Below are positions 36,128 through 46,042 of a stretch of DNA of 64,000 nt, piece after piece. Under the pieces are notes generated by a model. That model was not told where the DNA came from and made no database searches. It was given only the letters and a program-made list of their open reading frames with translations. Origin of the DNA: an uncultured Verrucomicrobiae bacterium. Lineage in GTDB: Bacteria; Verrucomicrobiota; Verrucomicrobiia; Limisphaerales; Palsa-1400. The DNA lies in contig CAVXRD010000003.1 of the NCBI GenBank assembly GCA_963764165.1, positions 725,858 through 789,857 on the forward strand, read 5' to 3'. Positions within the stretch are counted from its first letter, which is position 1. Every line of letters starts with the position of its first letter. Both the position numbers and the translations under genes were made by a program.

Positions 36128-36592
36128 TCACCGGCAAGCTGAAGGCGCTGACAACCACCGTTTGCAAAGTTCCCGCATCAGTTTGGCCAGTTGCAAAAAC
36201 CCGTGCGGCTTGACGATGTATTCCCGCGCGCCCATCGATTTGGCTCTCGTGATGTCCGTTTCGTGGGACGACGACGAAAGCACCACCAGCGGCAGCTCGC
36301 GCAGGGCCGCATTCTTCGACCACCAGTCAAGCACATCGAATCCGTTGAGCCGCGGCATTTTCAAATCGAGCAAGACGAGCGACGGCATCGGAAACTTCGC
36401 GCGGTCTGAAAACGGCGCCGTTCCCGACAAGTAATCAATCGCCTCCTGGCCATCGCGGACAATTGTCAGCGGGTGCAAAATCTCCGCCTTGCGAAACGCC
36501 AGGCGCAGAAGAGTGGCGTCCCCATCGTCGTCCTCCGCGGCGAGGACCGTTTTGACGGGAATCGCGCTCGGCTTGGCCTTGCTCACGGGCAC
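36128..36592 (-). CDS. Single-domain response regulator (Rcp1-like)
   Basis: AEDD, LLDLKMPRLNG, VLSSS, YIVKP. Confidence 0.93.
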   Translation of the reverse strand: MPVSKAKPSAIPVKTVLAAEDDDGDATLLRLAFRKAEILHPLTIVRDGQEAIDYLSGTAPFSDRAKFPMPSLVLLDLKMPRLNGFDVLDWWSKNAALRELPLVVLSSSSHETDITRAKSMGAREYIVKPHGFLQLAKLMRELCKRWLSAPSACR

Positions 36593-36658
36593 AGGGTCTT
36601 GGGTTGAACCGCGATTCTACATAGGGTGTTTACCCTAAATGGCGGAGTCGCGGCGGAA

Positions 36659-38854
36659 TCAATGGGATGCTGCCAGCAGGTCATGCTCGTCGTCGCCATC
36701 GTGGAGGTCGGGAACCAAATGGAGTTCAACCCAAAAACGGCTGCCGTGGCCCTGCTCGGAAATCGCGCCCACCGTGCCGCCCATGCGCTCCACAACTTTG
36801 CGGACAATCGCCAAGCCTATTCCCGTCCCCTCGTAGCGGTCGTCCAGCTTCTCGTACATTCCGAACAGCCGCTTTTGCGCCGCGGCTGGAATGCCGATGC
36901 CATTGTCCTCCACCCAAATCCGCGTCACATCTCCTCTGTTCTCCGCGCGCACGCGAATGACGGGACGGATTCCCGGCGTCACAAACTTGACGGCATTGCC
37001 AAGCAGGTTCGAAAAGCATTGGGTCAAGTATGATTCGTTGCCCGTCACCATGGGCAGGGTTCCTTCAACTTGAATGTCCGCCCGGGACGGATGCAGGTGC
37101 GGATAAACGTCGATCAGGTCGCGCACGATTTTGTCGAGGTCCACCGGCGATTGCGGCACCTCCTGCAAAACAACTTTGGTGTAGCTAAGAGCGTCAACTA
37201 TAAGCTGATCCAGGCGGCGCGCCGCGCGGACGATGCGGCGGCAGTAATCCTCTGCTTCCAAGGGCGTGGGGCGGGATTCGGAGGTTTGGTCCATCAGCAT
37301 CTCCGCAAACGCGCTCATCGCTCGGAGCGGGGCGCGCATGTCATGGGTTATGGAGTAAGAGATGTGCTGCAGCTCGTTGACCATTTCCTGCAATTTTGTG
37401 GTGCGCTCCTGGACGCGCAGCTCCAATTCCTCGCGGCCGCGGGCCAGGTTTTCCCGGGCGGCCACAATTTCCGTGGCGTCATGAACAATTTTTGAAGCGC
37501 CAATGATGTGTCCGTGCTCGTCCCGCAAAGGCGAAACGCTCAGTGAAACCGGGATGCGCGCCCCGTCCTTGGCCACCCGCACGGTTTCAATGCGCTCCAC
37601 CCGCAGCCCACGCCGGATCTTTCCGAGAATGAAATCCTCCTCCCCCAGCCGTTCCGGCGGGAGAAGCAGCGTGATCGGCTTTCCGATCATTTCCTCCGGC
37701 TTGTAGCCAAATAGCTTTTCCGCGCCTATGTTCCACGTCCGAACAATTCCGTCCAGCCCCTTGGAAATGATGGCGTCCTCGGACGATTCCACAATGGCGG
37801 CCAGCCGCGAACGGGTTTCCTCCGCCTTGTTCTGATTCGTCCAGTCGCGAAACACGACGACAACGCCGAATGGCGCTCCGCCCTGCTGGCGAATGGGCGC
37901 AGCGCTTTCGTCGATTGGGTATTCGGCGCCAGTCTTGGAGAGCAGCAGCGTGTGGTTAATTTGGCCCGTGGGAGCGCCAAATCGCAGCGCCCGCTTTACC
38001 GGGCTGTCCTTGGTCTGGCGCGTCGTGGCGTCGACGATGCGGAATACCTTTGAAACCGGCTGGCCGGCGGCTTCCTTCGGATTCCAGCCTGTCAAGCGCG
38101 CCGCCTCGGCATTTAGAAATGTTACGTTCTCTTCGGTATCTGTGACAATGACCCCGTCGCCAATGGAAGCCAGGGTGGTTCCGAGCAGCTCCTTTTGCCG
38201 CTTCATTTCAAGGATGGCCGCCTCCCGCGCCCGCGCCGTCCTCGTGACGCGCACATCCGCCCAGGCAAGGAAGGCCAGATTTGTCACAATCGTAAAAACA
38301 AAAGCCAGAACACGCGCCGAATCCGCAAGTTGCGCGCGGCGCATGGTTTTGGCCAGCACCGCAGTCACGGCGGATTTCTGCTTCTCGATGTCCCCATGGA
38401 TCGCATCTGTCAGTTGAATGCCCCGCCCGGTTTGCAGAGAGGCCAGCGCGGATGACAAGCCGCTCTTGGCGTGAAGCAGCAGGACTTCCCTCATTTCAGA
38501 CTGTTTGGCTTCGACATCGCGGATGAGATTTTCGACCCCGTTGGGGGCAAGTTCGCCCGCGGCCGCGTGGCCCCGGAGAATGTCCTTTTCCATCTCAATC
38601 TGCGTGAGCGCCTGGCGATAGGCCTGGAGATAACGGCCATTGGCGGTCAGAAAGTAACTGTGCATGGACGTCTCGGCATCATCCACGCTCGCGACTGTTT
38701 CCTCAAGGTGCTGCTCGACCGCCCGTTCCGTCTCCACTCGCGAGGAGAAATGCAGGGCCACCAATCCCACCACGAACGTAAACAGGAGCGTTGCCGCAAA
38801 GACGATGGCCGCCAGCGTAAAGACGCGGATTTTATAGGCAGGATTTGTTTTCAC
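36659..38854 (-). CDS. Sensor histidine kinase CHASE3-PAS-PAS-HisKA-HATPase
   Basis: Two TM helices, PAS motifs, THDMRAPL, NLLGNAVKF, DNGIG, GTGIGL. Confidence 0.94.
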   Translation of the reverse strand: MKTNPAYKIRVFTLAAIVFAATLLFTFVVGLVALHFSSRVETERAVEQHLEETVASVDDAETSMHSYFLTANGRYLQAYRQALTQIEMEKDILRGHAAAGELAPNGVENLIRDVEAKQSEMREVLLLHAKSGLSSALASLQTGRGIQLTDAIHGDIEKQKSAVTAVLAKTMRRAQLADSARVLAFVFTIVTNLAFLAWADVRVTRTARAREAAILEMKRQKELLGTTLASIGDGVIVTDTEENVTFLNAEAARLTGWNPKEAAGQPVSKVFRIVDATTRQTKDSPVKRALRFGAPTGQINHTLLLSKTGAEYPIDESAAPIRQQGGAPFGVVVVFRDWTNQNKAEETRSRLAAIVESSEDAIISKGLDGIVRTWNIGAEKLFGYKPEEMIGKPITLLLPPERLGEEDFILGKIRRGLRVERIETVRVAKDGARIPVSLSVSPLRDEHGHIIGASKIVHDATEIVAARENLARGREELELRVQERTTKLQEMVNELQHISYSITHDMRAPLRAMSAFAEMLMDQTSESRPTPLEAEDYCRRIVRAARRLDQLIVDALSYTKVVLQEVPQSPVDLDKIVRDLIDVYPHLHPSRADIQVEGTLPMVTGNESYLTQCFSNLLGNAVKFVTPGIRPVIRVRAENRGDVTRIWVEDNGIGIPAAAQKRLFGMYEKLDDRYEGTGIGLAIVRKVVERMGGTVGAISEQGHGSRFWVELHLVPDLHDGDDEHDLLAASH

Positions 38855-39796
38855 TCATTGAAAGGGCAGTTTGGAGCTGGCCTGCGATTTGTTTGTGGGC
38901 GCGTTTTCGGCAAGCTTGAGCGTGATGGCAGGCGACCAATCCTTCCACCCGTCTTTCGGCTTTTCATAAAGATCGAAAACGGCCCCGTTCGTGACGGCTT
39001 GAGCGGGTTCCGGCGGCGTGGCAAAAGCGATGCCGCCACTGAGCAGGGTCGAGGCCGATTCGGCCGACACCTCTGCGCCTTTGAATAATCCAAACTTGAA
39101 ATCGACTCCGCCCGCGTTCCAAAATTTTGAATTGCCGCGCACCAGCGGCGCATATTCCTGGCGGATTCTGGCCCGAATCAGCACGCCTGCCGCGTCCTCC
39201 GACAGTTGGTCGCCCAAAACTTCTCCAACCTCGACGCCTCGATAAAAAATCGGCGAATGCTCCCGCAGCGAATCCAAGGACGGCGCCCGAATCGTGATAA
39301 GCAATGCGCCAGGCTGCGGATCAGGTGGCGCTTCGGATGCGGCGGTGAAAGAATTTGTTTCGGCGCCGTGACCTGGCTGGACGGTGATGTATTCGCCAGA
39401 AACAATCGTCCGAAGCCCGCTGATGGTGCCGACTTTCAATTCAGGGCGGACGATCCAGAAAATGGAACCTTCGCGCGCGAGATCCTTCGCAGACCCGTCG
39501 AGGCGGGCAGTCACCTTCACATGTTTCAAATCCGGCGCGAGGCTCAGCGATTTGACGACGCCCACTTGCGAGCCGCGGTATTGGACACTCGTGTTGCCGG
39601 CCTCCAGTCCTTCGGTGTTCTGAAAGTAAATCGTGATCAACGGACCCGTCGCGACGTAATCGCGATAGACAAACCACACACAGAGCGCCGCCGCTGCCAG
39701 CGGAACCAGCCACAAAAGCCATGCCGGGCGCGCTTTCTTAATGACGGCCTTCGGCAGAGCCCGCCCTTCCGCGCGGCCATTTTGGAGCCTATTCAT
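38855..39796 (-). CDS. PqiB/MlaD (two MCE domains) protein
   Basis: WLVP, GLEAG.T.V.YRG..VG.V, FWIV.P, FYRGVEVG, FWNAGG. Confidence 0.88.
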   Translation of the reverse strand: MNRLQNGRAEGRALPKAVIKKARPAWLLWLVPLAAAALCVWFVYRDYVATGPLITIYFQNTEGLEAGNTSVQYRGSQVGVVKSLSLAPDLKHVKVTARLDGSAKDLAREGSIFWIVRPELKVGTISGLRTIVSGEYITVQPGHGAETNSFTAASEAPPDPQPGALLITIRAPSLDSLREHSPIFYRGVEVGEVLGDQLSEDAAGVLIRARIRQEYAPLVRGNSKFWNAGGVDFKFGLFKGAEVSAESASTLLSGGIAFATPPEPAQAVTNGAVFDLYEKPKDGWKDWSPAITLKLAENAPTNKSQASSKLPFQ

Positions 39797-40451
39797 TTAG
39801 CTTCCTCTCCTTTGGATCATCCCACAGCAGGCGGGGATCAAAGCTCAACGTTGCCAAAAGGGTCAGCGCCACCACCGCCGCAAAGGAAAACACACCCCTC
39901 CCCGGATGCACGGTCGCGACCCGCCCCATTTCGATCATGGACAAGGAAATCGCCAGCAGAAACACCTCAAGCATGTTCCATGGGTCAATAATGCGAATAA
40001 CGTGGTAAATCCATGCGCGAGCCTTCTTCCACCGCGGCCAATCGAGTGTCAAAGATATCAACAACAGCCCAATGATCTTCAGGGCCGGCGAAAGAATGCT
40101 CGTGCAGAAAACCAGGCAGGCGATGAAGTATTGGCGCTCCCGGAACAAGGCGTGAATACCCTGAATGATCGTCGTCTCGCTGTGGAGGCCGTGATATTCC
40201 GCGGTGATGAGCGGATAGAAGTTGGAAGGAAAGTAAAGCAACAGCGCCGCCAGTGAAAACGTGAGCGTCCGGACCCGGCTGTTGGGGCGGCGATGCTGCA
40301 GATGAAATCCGCACCTTGGGCAGCAAGCTTTCGAACCCGGCGGAATATATTCCACCTCCTGCACCAGACCACAAGTGTCGCAGGCAGCCACGCGCGATGC
40401 CGATGAGTTCTTCGAGTCTGCGACCTCCTCCTGCTGCTGCGATGCAGTCAT
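39789..40451 (-). CDS. pqiA: Paraquat-inducible protein A family (single domain)
   Basis: CDTCG..CPRCG zinc finger, PWNMLEVFL, FDPRLLWD. Confidence 0.88.
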   Translation of the reverse strand: MTASQQQEEVADSKNSSASRVAACDTCGLVQEVEYIPPGSKACCPRCGFHLQHRRPNSRVRTLTFSLAALLLYFPSNFYPLITAEYHGLHSETTIIQGIHALFRERQYFIACLVFCTSILSPALKIIGLLLISLTLDWPRWKKARAWIYHVIRIIDPWNMLEVFLLAISLSMIEMGRVATVHPGRGVFSFAAVVALTLLATLSFDPRLLWDDPKERKLNE

Positions 40452-40583
40452 GTGCAAACAATAGCGCACTCCGAGGTCTCCACAAATGGGTTCTGCCCCT
40501 ACGGCTATACCGAGGTAATCACCTACTTAGCGCCGGGACGCGGTGTGAACTAAGGTGGGTGGGTCAATGCCACCAAACTCAAC

Positions 40584-42812
40584 ATGATGAACGCGCGCGA
40601 AACCCAACCGGGCCGCTCCGGCGCGGCCCCCGCTGGCACCGTCAGAACCACGAAGGAAGCGATGCGCAAACTCGTGATGCGCCGTCCGAGCGGCCAATTC
40701 TTCGAGACCGTTGTCGTTGTCTGGTTGACACTTTCCGCCGCGAGCGTCGTGCTGGCGGCGGCCACTTGGGTTACTCTTTCAAATCAATTGAACGCCGCCA
40801 ACCGCGCGGTGGGCGTCCGGCTGGAGCTTGGCTCCATCTGCCAGTTGCTCCTTCAAACTCAAACCAGCGAGGCCGACTATATCATTACGGGCAATTCACG
40901 ATATTTTGACGCGTTCAGCAGAGACGCCAAAAGCGTGGCCGCCGAATGCCGGCACCTGGGAGCGCTGGCTGAAGGTGATTCAAGCCTCTTGGGGCAAACT
41001 GCCTCTTTCCGCCGCAAGGCGCAGGATTGCCTTGAATATCAAGAAGAAATTATGCGCTCGGCCCAGGCCAATGGAGTCGCCGCGGCCGCGGCGAAACTTC
41101 AATCCGGCGAAGGAAAACGAAGAATGGCCGCCGTGGTTGACGATCTCTCCGCGATGGGCGCCTCTCCCTCTGCGCTTGTCTTCGCGCAAGGGGCAAGCGC
41201 CCGTTTGCAATTGACCCGCGCCAGTCTCACCAGCCTGACGGCCGGCATACTCGGCATTGGCGCCGGGCTCTTTGCATTCTGGCTGTCGCGCATGACTGTC
41301 AAACACCAAGAGCGCGAGCGCGAGCTGATCGAGGCGAAAATGCAAGCCGACCGCCGCAGCCAGGAGAAAACAGTCTTTCTCGCCAACATGAGCCACGAAA
41401 TTCGAACGCCCATGAACGCCATTCTTGGCTTCGGCGAATTGCTGGAAAATGATATCCAGGAAGAAAAGCAGCGGGATTATCTGCAATCGATCCGCCGGAG
41501 CGCTTCGTCCCTGATGCAGCTCATCAATGACATGCTTGACATGTCCAAGATTGAAGCGGGCGTCCTGGAATTGCGAATGGAGCCCACCGACCTCCGCGAA
41601 GTTTTGCAATTTATCAAAACGATGTTTTGCGAATCGGCCGCCAGGAAAGGCCTCAAGCTCTCGTGGGTGATTCCCGACGAAGTCCCGCGGTCGCTTCTGC
41701 TGGATCGGATTCGGCTCCGCCAGATTCTGGTAAACCTCCTGGGAAACGCCGTCAAATTTACGGACAGCGGCGCGATTGAAACCCGCCTGCGCTGGCAACA
41801 GCAGGAATCCGGGCAGGCTGGGTCGCTCTCGATTGAAGTGGAAGACACGGGCGTCGGCATCCCTTCCGGCCGGCTGGAGGCCATTTTCAAACCATTCGTC
41901 CAGGCGGGCGCCCATCGCGACAAGGAATACCAGGGCGCCGGGCTCGGGCTTGCGATCGTTAAACGATTGACGGAAATGATGGGAGGCAGCGTCACCGCCA
42001 GGAGCGAACCGGAGCACGGCTCGCTGTTTCAGCTTCATTTCCCCAGTGTCGCCATCTCGGAGCACGCCCCCGCCGCCGATCCCGTTCGCGTTATCCGCGA
42101 GACGGACTTCAACGAATTGCGTCCGACTACACTGCTGGCGGTGGATGACAATCAAACAAATTGCGAATTGCTGGAAGCGATGTTCGGCAATTCGCATCAT
42201 CGTCTGTTGCTGGCGGCCAGCGGCCGCGAAGGGCTGGAGATCGCGCGGAGGGAGCAGCCGGATGTCATTCTGCTTGACGTTCGCATGCCCGAAATGGACG
42301 GGCGGCAGACGCTCCAGGCCCTCCGCGAGATTCCGGAATTAAAAACAACCCCTGTCATCGCCGTCACCGCCTCCAGCCTCGTCGAGGAAGAGCACGAGAT
42401 CCGGTCGCAGTTCAGCGGATATTTGCGGAAGCCGTTTTCGCAGCATGACGTTTTCCAGGAATTAAAGAATTTTGTGCCGCTGCTTCCAAAGCCAGCCGCC
42501 GCCTCGAACGAACAGGACGGGGAACCGGAAAGTTTCATTTGCCCGCCGTTGCCAGGAGAAGCGATTGCGGAAGTGGAGCGCCTGGTGGAGGTCGAGTGGC
42601 CGCCAGTGCGCGACAGCGTGGCGATCAATCAAAGCAAAGCATTCGCGACGAAGGTCGATGGCCTGGGCCAGAGATGGCAATGCCAGCCACTGATTGCCTA
42701 TGCCAAGACCATCCGCCGCCACGCCGACAGCTACGCGGTGGCGGACTTGGAAAGCACGCTTCTCCAATTTTCACACATCGCCGTTGAACTGCGCAAGAAC
42801 GCCCGAACATGA
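40584..42812 (+). CDS. Hybrid sensor kinase CHASE3-HisKA-HATPase-REC
   Basis: FLANMSHEIRTPMN, NLLGNAVKF, GAGLGL, LLDVRMP. Confidence 0.94.
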   Translation: MMNARETQPGRSGAAPAGTVRTTKEAMRKLVMRRPSGQFFETVVVVWLTLSAASVVLAAATWVTLSNQLNAANRAVGVRLELGSICQLLLQTQTSEADYIITGNSRYFDAFSRDAKSVAAECRHLGALAEGDSSLLGQTASFRRKAQDCLEYQEEIMRSAQANGVAAAAAKLQSGEGKRRMAAVVDDLSAMGASPSALVFAQGASARLQLTRASLTSLTAGILGIGAGLFAFWLSRMTVKHQERERELIEAKMQADRRSQEKTVFLANMSHEIRTPMNAILGFGELLENDIQEEKQRDYLQSIRRSASSLMQLINDMLDMSKIEAGVLELRMEPTDLREVLQFIKTMFCESAARKGLKLSWVIPDEVPRSLLLDRIRLRQILVNLLGNAVKFTDSGAIETRLRWQQQESGQAGSLSIEVEDTGVGIPSGRLEAIFKPFVQAGAHRDKEYQGAGLGLAIVKRLTEMMGGSVTARSEPEHGSLFQLHFPSVAISEHAPAADPVRVIRETDFNELRPTTLLAVDDNQTNCELLEAMFGNSHHRLLLAASGREGLEIARREQPDVILLDVRMPEMDGRQTLQALREIPELKTTPVIAVTASSLVEEEHEIRSQFSGYLRKPFSQHDVFQELKNFVPLLPKPAAASNEQDGEPESFICPPLPGEAIAEVERLVEVEWPPVRDSVAINQSKAFATKVDGLGQRWQCQPLIAYAKTIRRHADSYAVADLESTLLQFSHIAVELRKNART

Positions 42813-44602
42813 ATACGCACACCGATTTTTTCACCAAATTGGATGACCAGCCGCGGGCGGAAGCCACAGGCCGGCGCATTCTTGTAGTTGACGACCAGTG
42901 GGCCGCCATTCAGAGCGTCGGGCCCATTCTCGGGCGCATGGGGCATGAAGTGATTCCCGCCCTGGACGGAGCCACGGCGCTTCGCCGCGCCGCCGCGGCC
43001 AAACCCGATCTCGTGCTGCTTGATCTGTTCTTGCCGGACATGGATGGCTGCGAAGTGTGCCGGAAATTGCATGCCACGCCCGAGGGAAAAGATGTTCCGG
43101 TGATTTTTGTCTCCTCGGCGGACCAGCAGGATTTCATCGTTCCCGCCTTGGCGGCGGGAGGTTTCGACTACATCACCAAACCGTATAACGAACACGAACT
43201 GGCCTCGCGCATCCGCACCGCCCTTGCGCTCAAGGCCACCCGGGACGAATTAGCCCTGTATGCGGAAAACAAGGATCACCGGCTCGCCATGCTGGCGCAC
43301 GACTTGAAGGGCACTCTTTCCGGCGTGATCATGAGCGCCGAACTCTTGGGCGAGCGCCAGCCCTGCCTCGACGACGTCGGAAGCGCCGAGCTGGTGCGCG
43401 GAATTCTCGAACCGAGCCAGCGGTTGCTGGCCTTTGTCAAAGACTTTCTCGCCAAAGCAGCCACCACCCACGCCGCCCAGAGAGGGGAACCTTCATCCGG
43501 GCCCTCCACGAAGCGCGCGGCGCGAATTCTAGTGGTGGACGACCATGCGGCCAACATTCAAACCGTGGGCTCCGTCCTCGGGAAGCTTGGCCACGAAATC
43601 ATCCCCGCCAAGGACGGGCCAACGGCGTTGAAACGGCTGGAGGCCATGCCTCCCGACTTAATTTTGCTTGACCTGTTGATGCCGTTGATGGACGGAGTGG
43701 AAACCTGCCGCCGCATTCACCAAAGCGAGACAGGCCGGGATGTGCCGGTCATTTTCCTTTCCGCGTCCGACGACAAGGATTCCGTCGTGCGCTCGCTCAA
43801 ATCCGGCGCGGTGGATTTTGTGACAAAACCCTTTCATTCCGCCGAGCTCATTCAGCGCGTCGAGACCCAGCTTGCCCTGAAATTCAATTGCGACCGCCTG
43901 GCGAACTTCGGACGCGAGCGAAACAAGGTCCTGGCCCAGCTTGCGCTAGATTGCAAAACACAATTCGGCAGGATGCATGCGGACGCGCTGGAGCTTTGCC
44001 GCCAGCTCAGCGGAAGCCGGGACAGCCGCGCGATCCAGTTGGCGGAAAACATTCTCCGCTCCTGCGCCCAATTGATCGGATTCGTGAAATGGATTTCAGC
44101 CCGGGAGCAGTCGAAATTCGCCCTGAGCCCCAGATGCCTCGACCTGTCAAAAATCGCCGCCTGCGCGATTCAGCGCCACGCGGAATCAGCCCGCCGCAAA
44201 GGGCTATTCCTGCTGCTGGATGGAGACGAGCCGTCCGCTTTTGTGCGAGCGGACGAGATCGCGCTCAACCAGGTGCTGGATAACCTGATGTCCAATGCGA
44301 TCAAATTTTCCTCGCCGGAGAAAACAATCCGCTTATCCGTGCGCACGGAACCGGGCGCGGTGGAATGCCTCATCGCCGATCAAGGGCCGGGATTCACCGA
44401 GGAAGACAAGACGCGAATGTTTCGGCGCTTCGGCCGCCTTTCCGCGTGCCCCACCGCGGGCGAAGCTTCGACCGGCCTGGGCCTCAGCATCGTTCACGAA
44501 CTGGCGCAGGCGATGAATGGCGAGGTCACCTGCCAGTCCACCGCCGGATCCGGAACCACCTTCACCGTGCGCCTCCCGCGCGCCACTTCCGCTTCAAACT
44601 GA
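42809..44602 (+). CDS. Hybrid kinase REC-HisKA-REC-degenerate HisKA-HATPase
   Basis: Two ARILVVDD..LLDL..KP blocks; AHDLK versus ALDCK; NAIKF, DQGPG, TGLGL. Confidence 0.9.
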   Translation: MNTHTDFFTKLDDQPRAEATGRRILVVDDQWAAIQSVGPILGRMGHEVIPALDGATALRRAAAAKPDLVLLDLFLPDMDGCEVCRKLHATPEGKDVPVIFVSSADQQDFIVPALAAGGFDYITKPYNEHELASRIRTALALKATRDELALYAENKDHRLAMLAHDLKGTLSGVIMSAELLGERQPCLDDVGSAELVRGILEPSQRLLAFVKDFLAKAATTHAAQRGEPSSGPSTKRAARILVVDDHAANIQTVGSVLGKLGHEIIPAKDGPTALKRLEAMPPDLILLDLLMPLMDGVETCRRIHQSETGRDVPVIFLSASDDKDSVVRSLKSGAVDFVTKPFHSAELIQRVETQLALKFNCDRLANFGRERNKVLAQLALDCKTQFGRMHADALELCRQLSGSRDSRAIQLAENILRSCAQLIGFVKWISAREQSKFALSPRCLDLSKIAACAIQRHAESARRKGLFLLLDGDEPSAFVRADEIALNQVLDNLMSNAIKFSSPEKTIRLSVRTEPGAVECLIADQGPGFTEEDKTRMFRRFGRLSACPTAGEASTGLGLSIVHELAQAMNGEVTCQSTAGSGTTFTVRLPRATSASN

Positions 44603-44605
44603 GCT

Positions 44606-45967
44606 ATGGATTTTCTAATTATTGACGACGACAAAACGTTCCGCGACGCGACCTGCATGGTCATTGACAGCGCGGATCACTATGCCGAAGGCGTCGGCTC
44701 CGGCAACGAGGCGCTGCCTCTTCTCAAGCGGGAAAAATTCGATGCGGTGCTGCTGGATGTGCATCTGAATGGCGAAAGCGGCCTGGACGTGCTCAGCCGC
44801 ATCCAGGAGCAAAACCCCAATCTGCCGGTCATCATGTTCACCGCCGAAGGCAGCGTCAAGACGGCGGTTGAAGCCATGCGCACGGGCGCCATCGATTTTC
44901 TCGAGAAGCCATTCCAGCGCGAACAATTTCTGGCGGTGCTGGCGCGCTTGCAAAAATTTCGCCAGATGGGCCAGAAAATCGAGCGCCTCGAGCGCGAAGT
45001 CACGGAATCCAAGGCGCAAACGCCAGAACCGCTCTTCAGTTTTTCCACGCCCTTGATGCAGGAGGTCATGGGCGTGCTGTTGCGCGCCGCCAAGACGCCC
45101 GCCTCGATTCTAATTCTGGGCGAAAGCGGCACTGGCAAAACAGTGGCCGCGCGGGCCATTCATCAAAACAGCCACCTCGCCGACAAGCCATTTGTGACGG
45201 TGAGCTGCCCTAGCCTCTCCAAGGAATTGCTGGAAAGCGAATTGTTCGGCCACGTCCGCGGAGCTTTCACAGGCGCTGTCAAGGATCGCTGGGGCAAGGT
45301 TCGGGCGGCGGACGGCGGGACTCTCTTTCTGGACGAAATCGGCGATTTGCCGATGGAAATCCAGCCAAAATTGTTGCGCCTTCTCCAGGAACGCGAATAC
45401 GAGCGGCTGGGCGAGAATAACGTCTACCGCGCCAACGTCCGCGTCATCGCCGCCACCAATCGGAACTTGCAGGAGCGCATCGCGGCGGGCGCTTTCCGCG
45501 AAGATTTGTATTTCCGGCTCAATGTGATTTCCGTCGAGGTTCCGCCGCTGCGGGATCGCGGCGCCGACTTGGAAAATCTTGCGCGGCATTATCTGGAGCA
45601 TTTTGCCAAGCTATGCGGCCGGAAAGTCGATGGCTTCTCGCCGGAGGCGCTTGAACGCATTCGCTCGCATCGGTGGCCGGGCAACTTGCGGGAATTGTGC
45701 AATGCGGTTGAGCGCGCCGTCATTTTGGCGCGTGGAACGTTGATCATGCCGGAAGATCTGCCCACCGAAATGCGGACGGCTCAGAACCCCGGCTCGCAGC
45801 CGGCTGACGACGTGAAAATTGGCGCGCTGATCTCGCTGGACAAGCTTGAGGAGGTTCACATCCGCCGCATTTTGGAGAAGACCACCAGCCTCGCCCAGGC
45901 TTCCGGCGTGCTTGGCATAGACCAAGCCACGCTTTATCGGAAGCGCAAGCGCATAGGCCTGGGTTAG
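44606..45967 (+). CDS. NtrC-family sigma54 activator
   Basis: REC, GESGTGK, GAFTGA, WPGNLREL, Fis-type HTH. Confidence 0.96.
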   Translation: MDFLIIDDDKTFRDATCMVIDSADHYAEGVGSGNEALPLLKREKFDAVLLDVHLNGESGLDVLSRIQEQNPNLPVIMFTAEGSVKTAVEAMRTGAIDFLEKPFQREQFLAVLARLQKFRQMGQKIERLEREVTESKAQTPEPLFSFSTPLMQEVMGVLLRAAKTPASILILGESGTGKTVAARAIHQNSHLADKPFVTVSCPSLSKELLESELFGHVRGAFTGAVKDRWGKVRAADGGTLFLDEIGDLPMEIQPKLLRLLQEREYERLGENNVYRANVRVIAATNRNLQERIAAGAFREDLYFRLNVISVEVPPLRDRGADLENLARHYLEHFAKLCGRKVDGFSPEALERIRSHRWPGNLRELCNAVERAVILARGTLIMPEDLPTEMRTAQNPGSQPADDVKIGALISLDKLEEVHIRRILEKTTSLAQASGVLGIDQATLYRKRKRIGLG

Positions 45968-46042
45968 CCCAAGAACCCCATAAAACCCATAATTCCCATG
46001 AAGAATGGGAGTCATGGGACGGCGCAGCGCGCGCCTGCACCC

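Noticed and set aside
45975..46020. CCCAT 9-nt repeats between convergent genes
   Set aside because: Short intergenic hairpin-like repeat, probably a terminator; nothing further to support.
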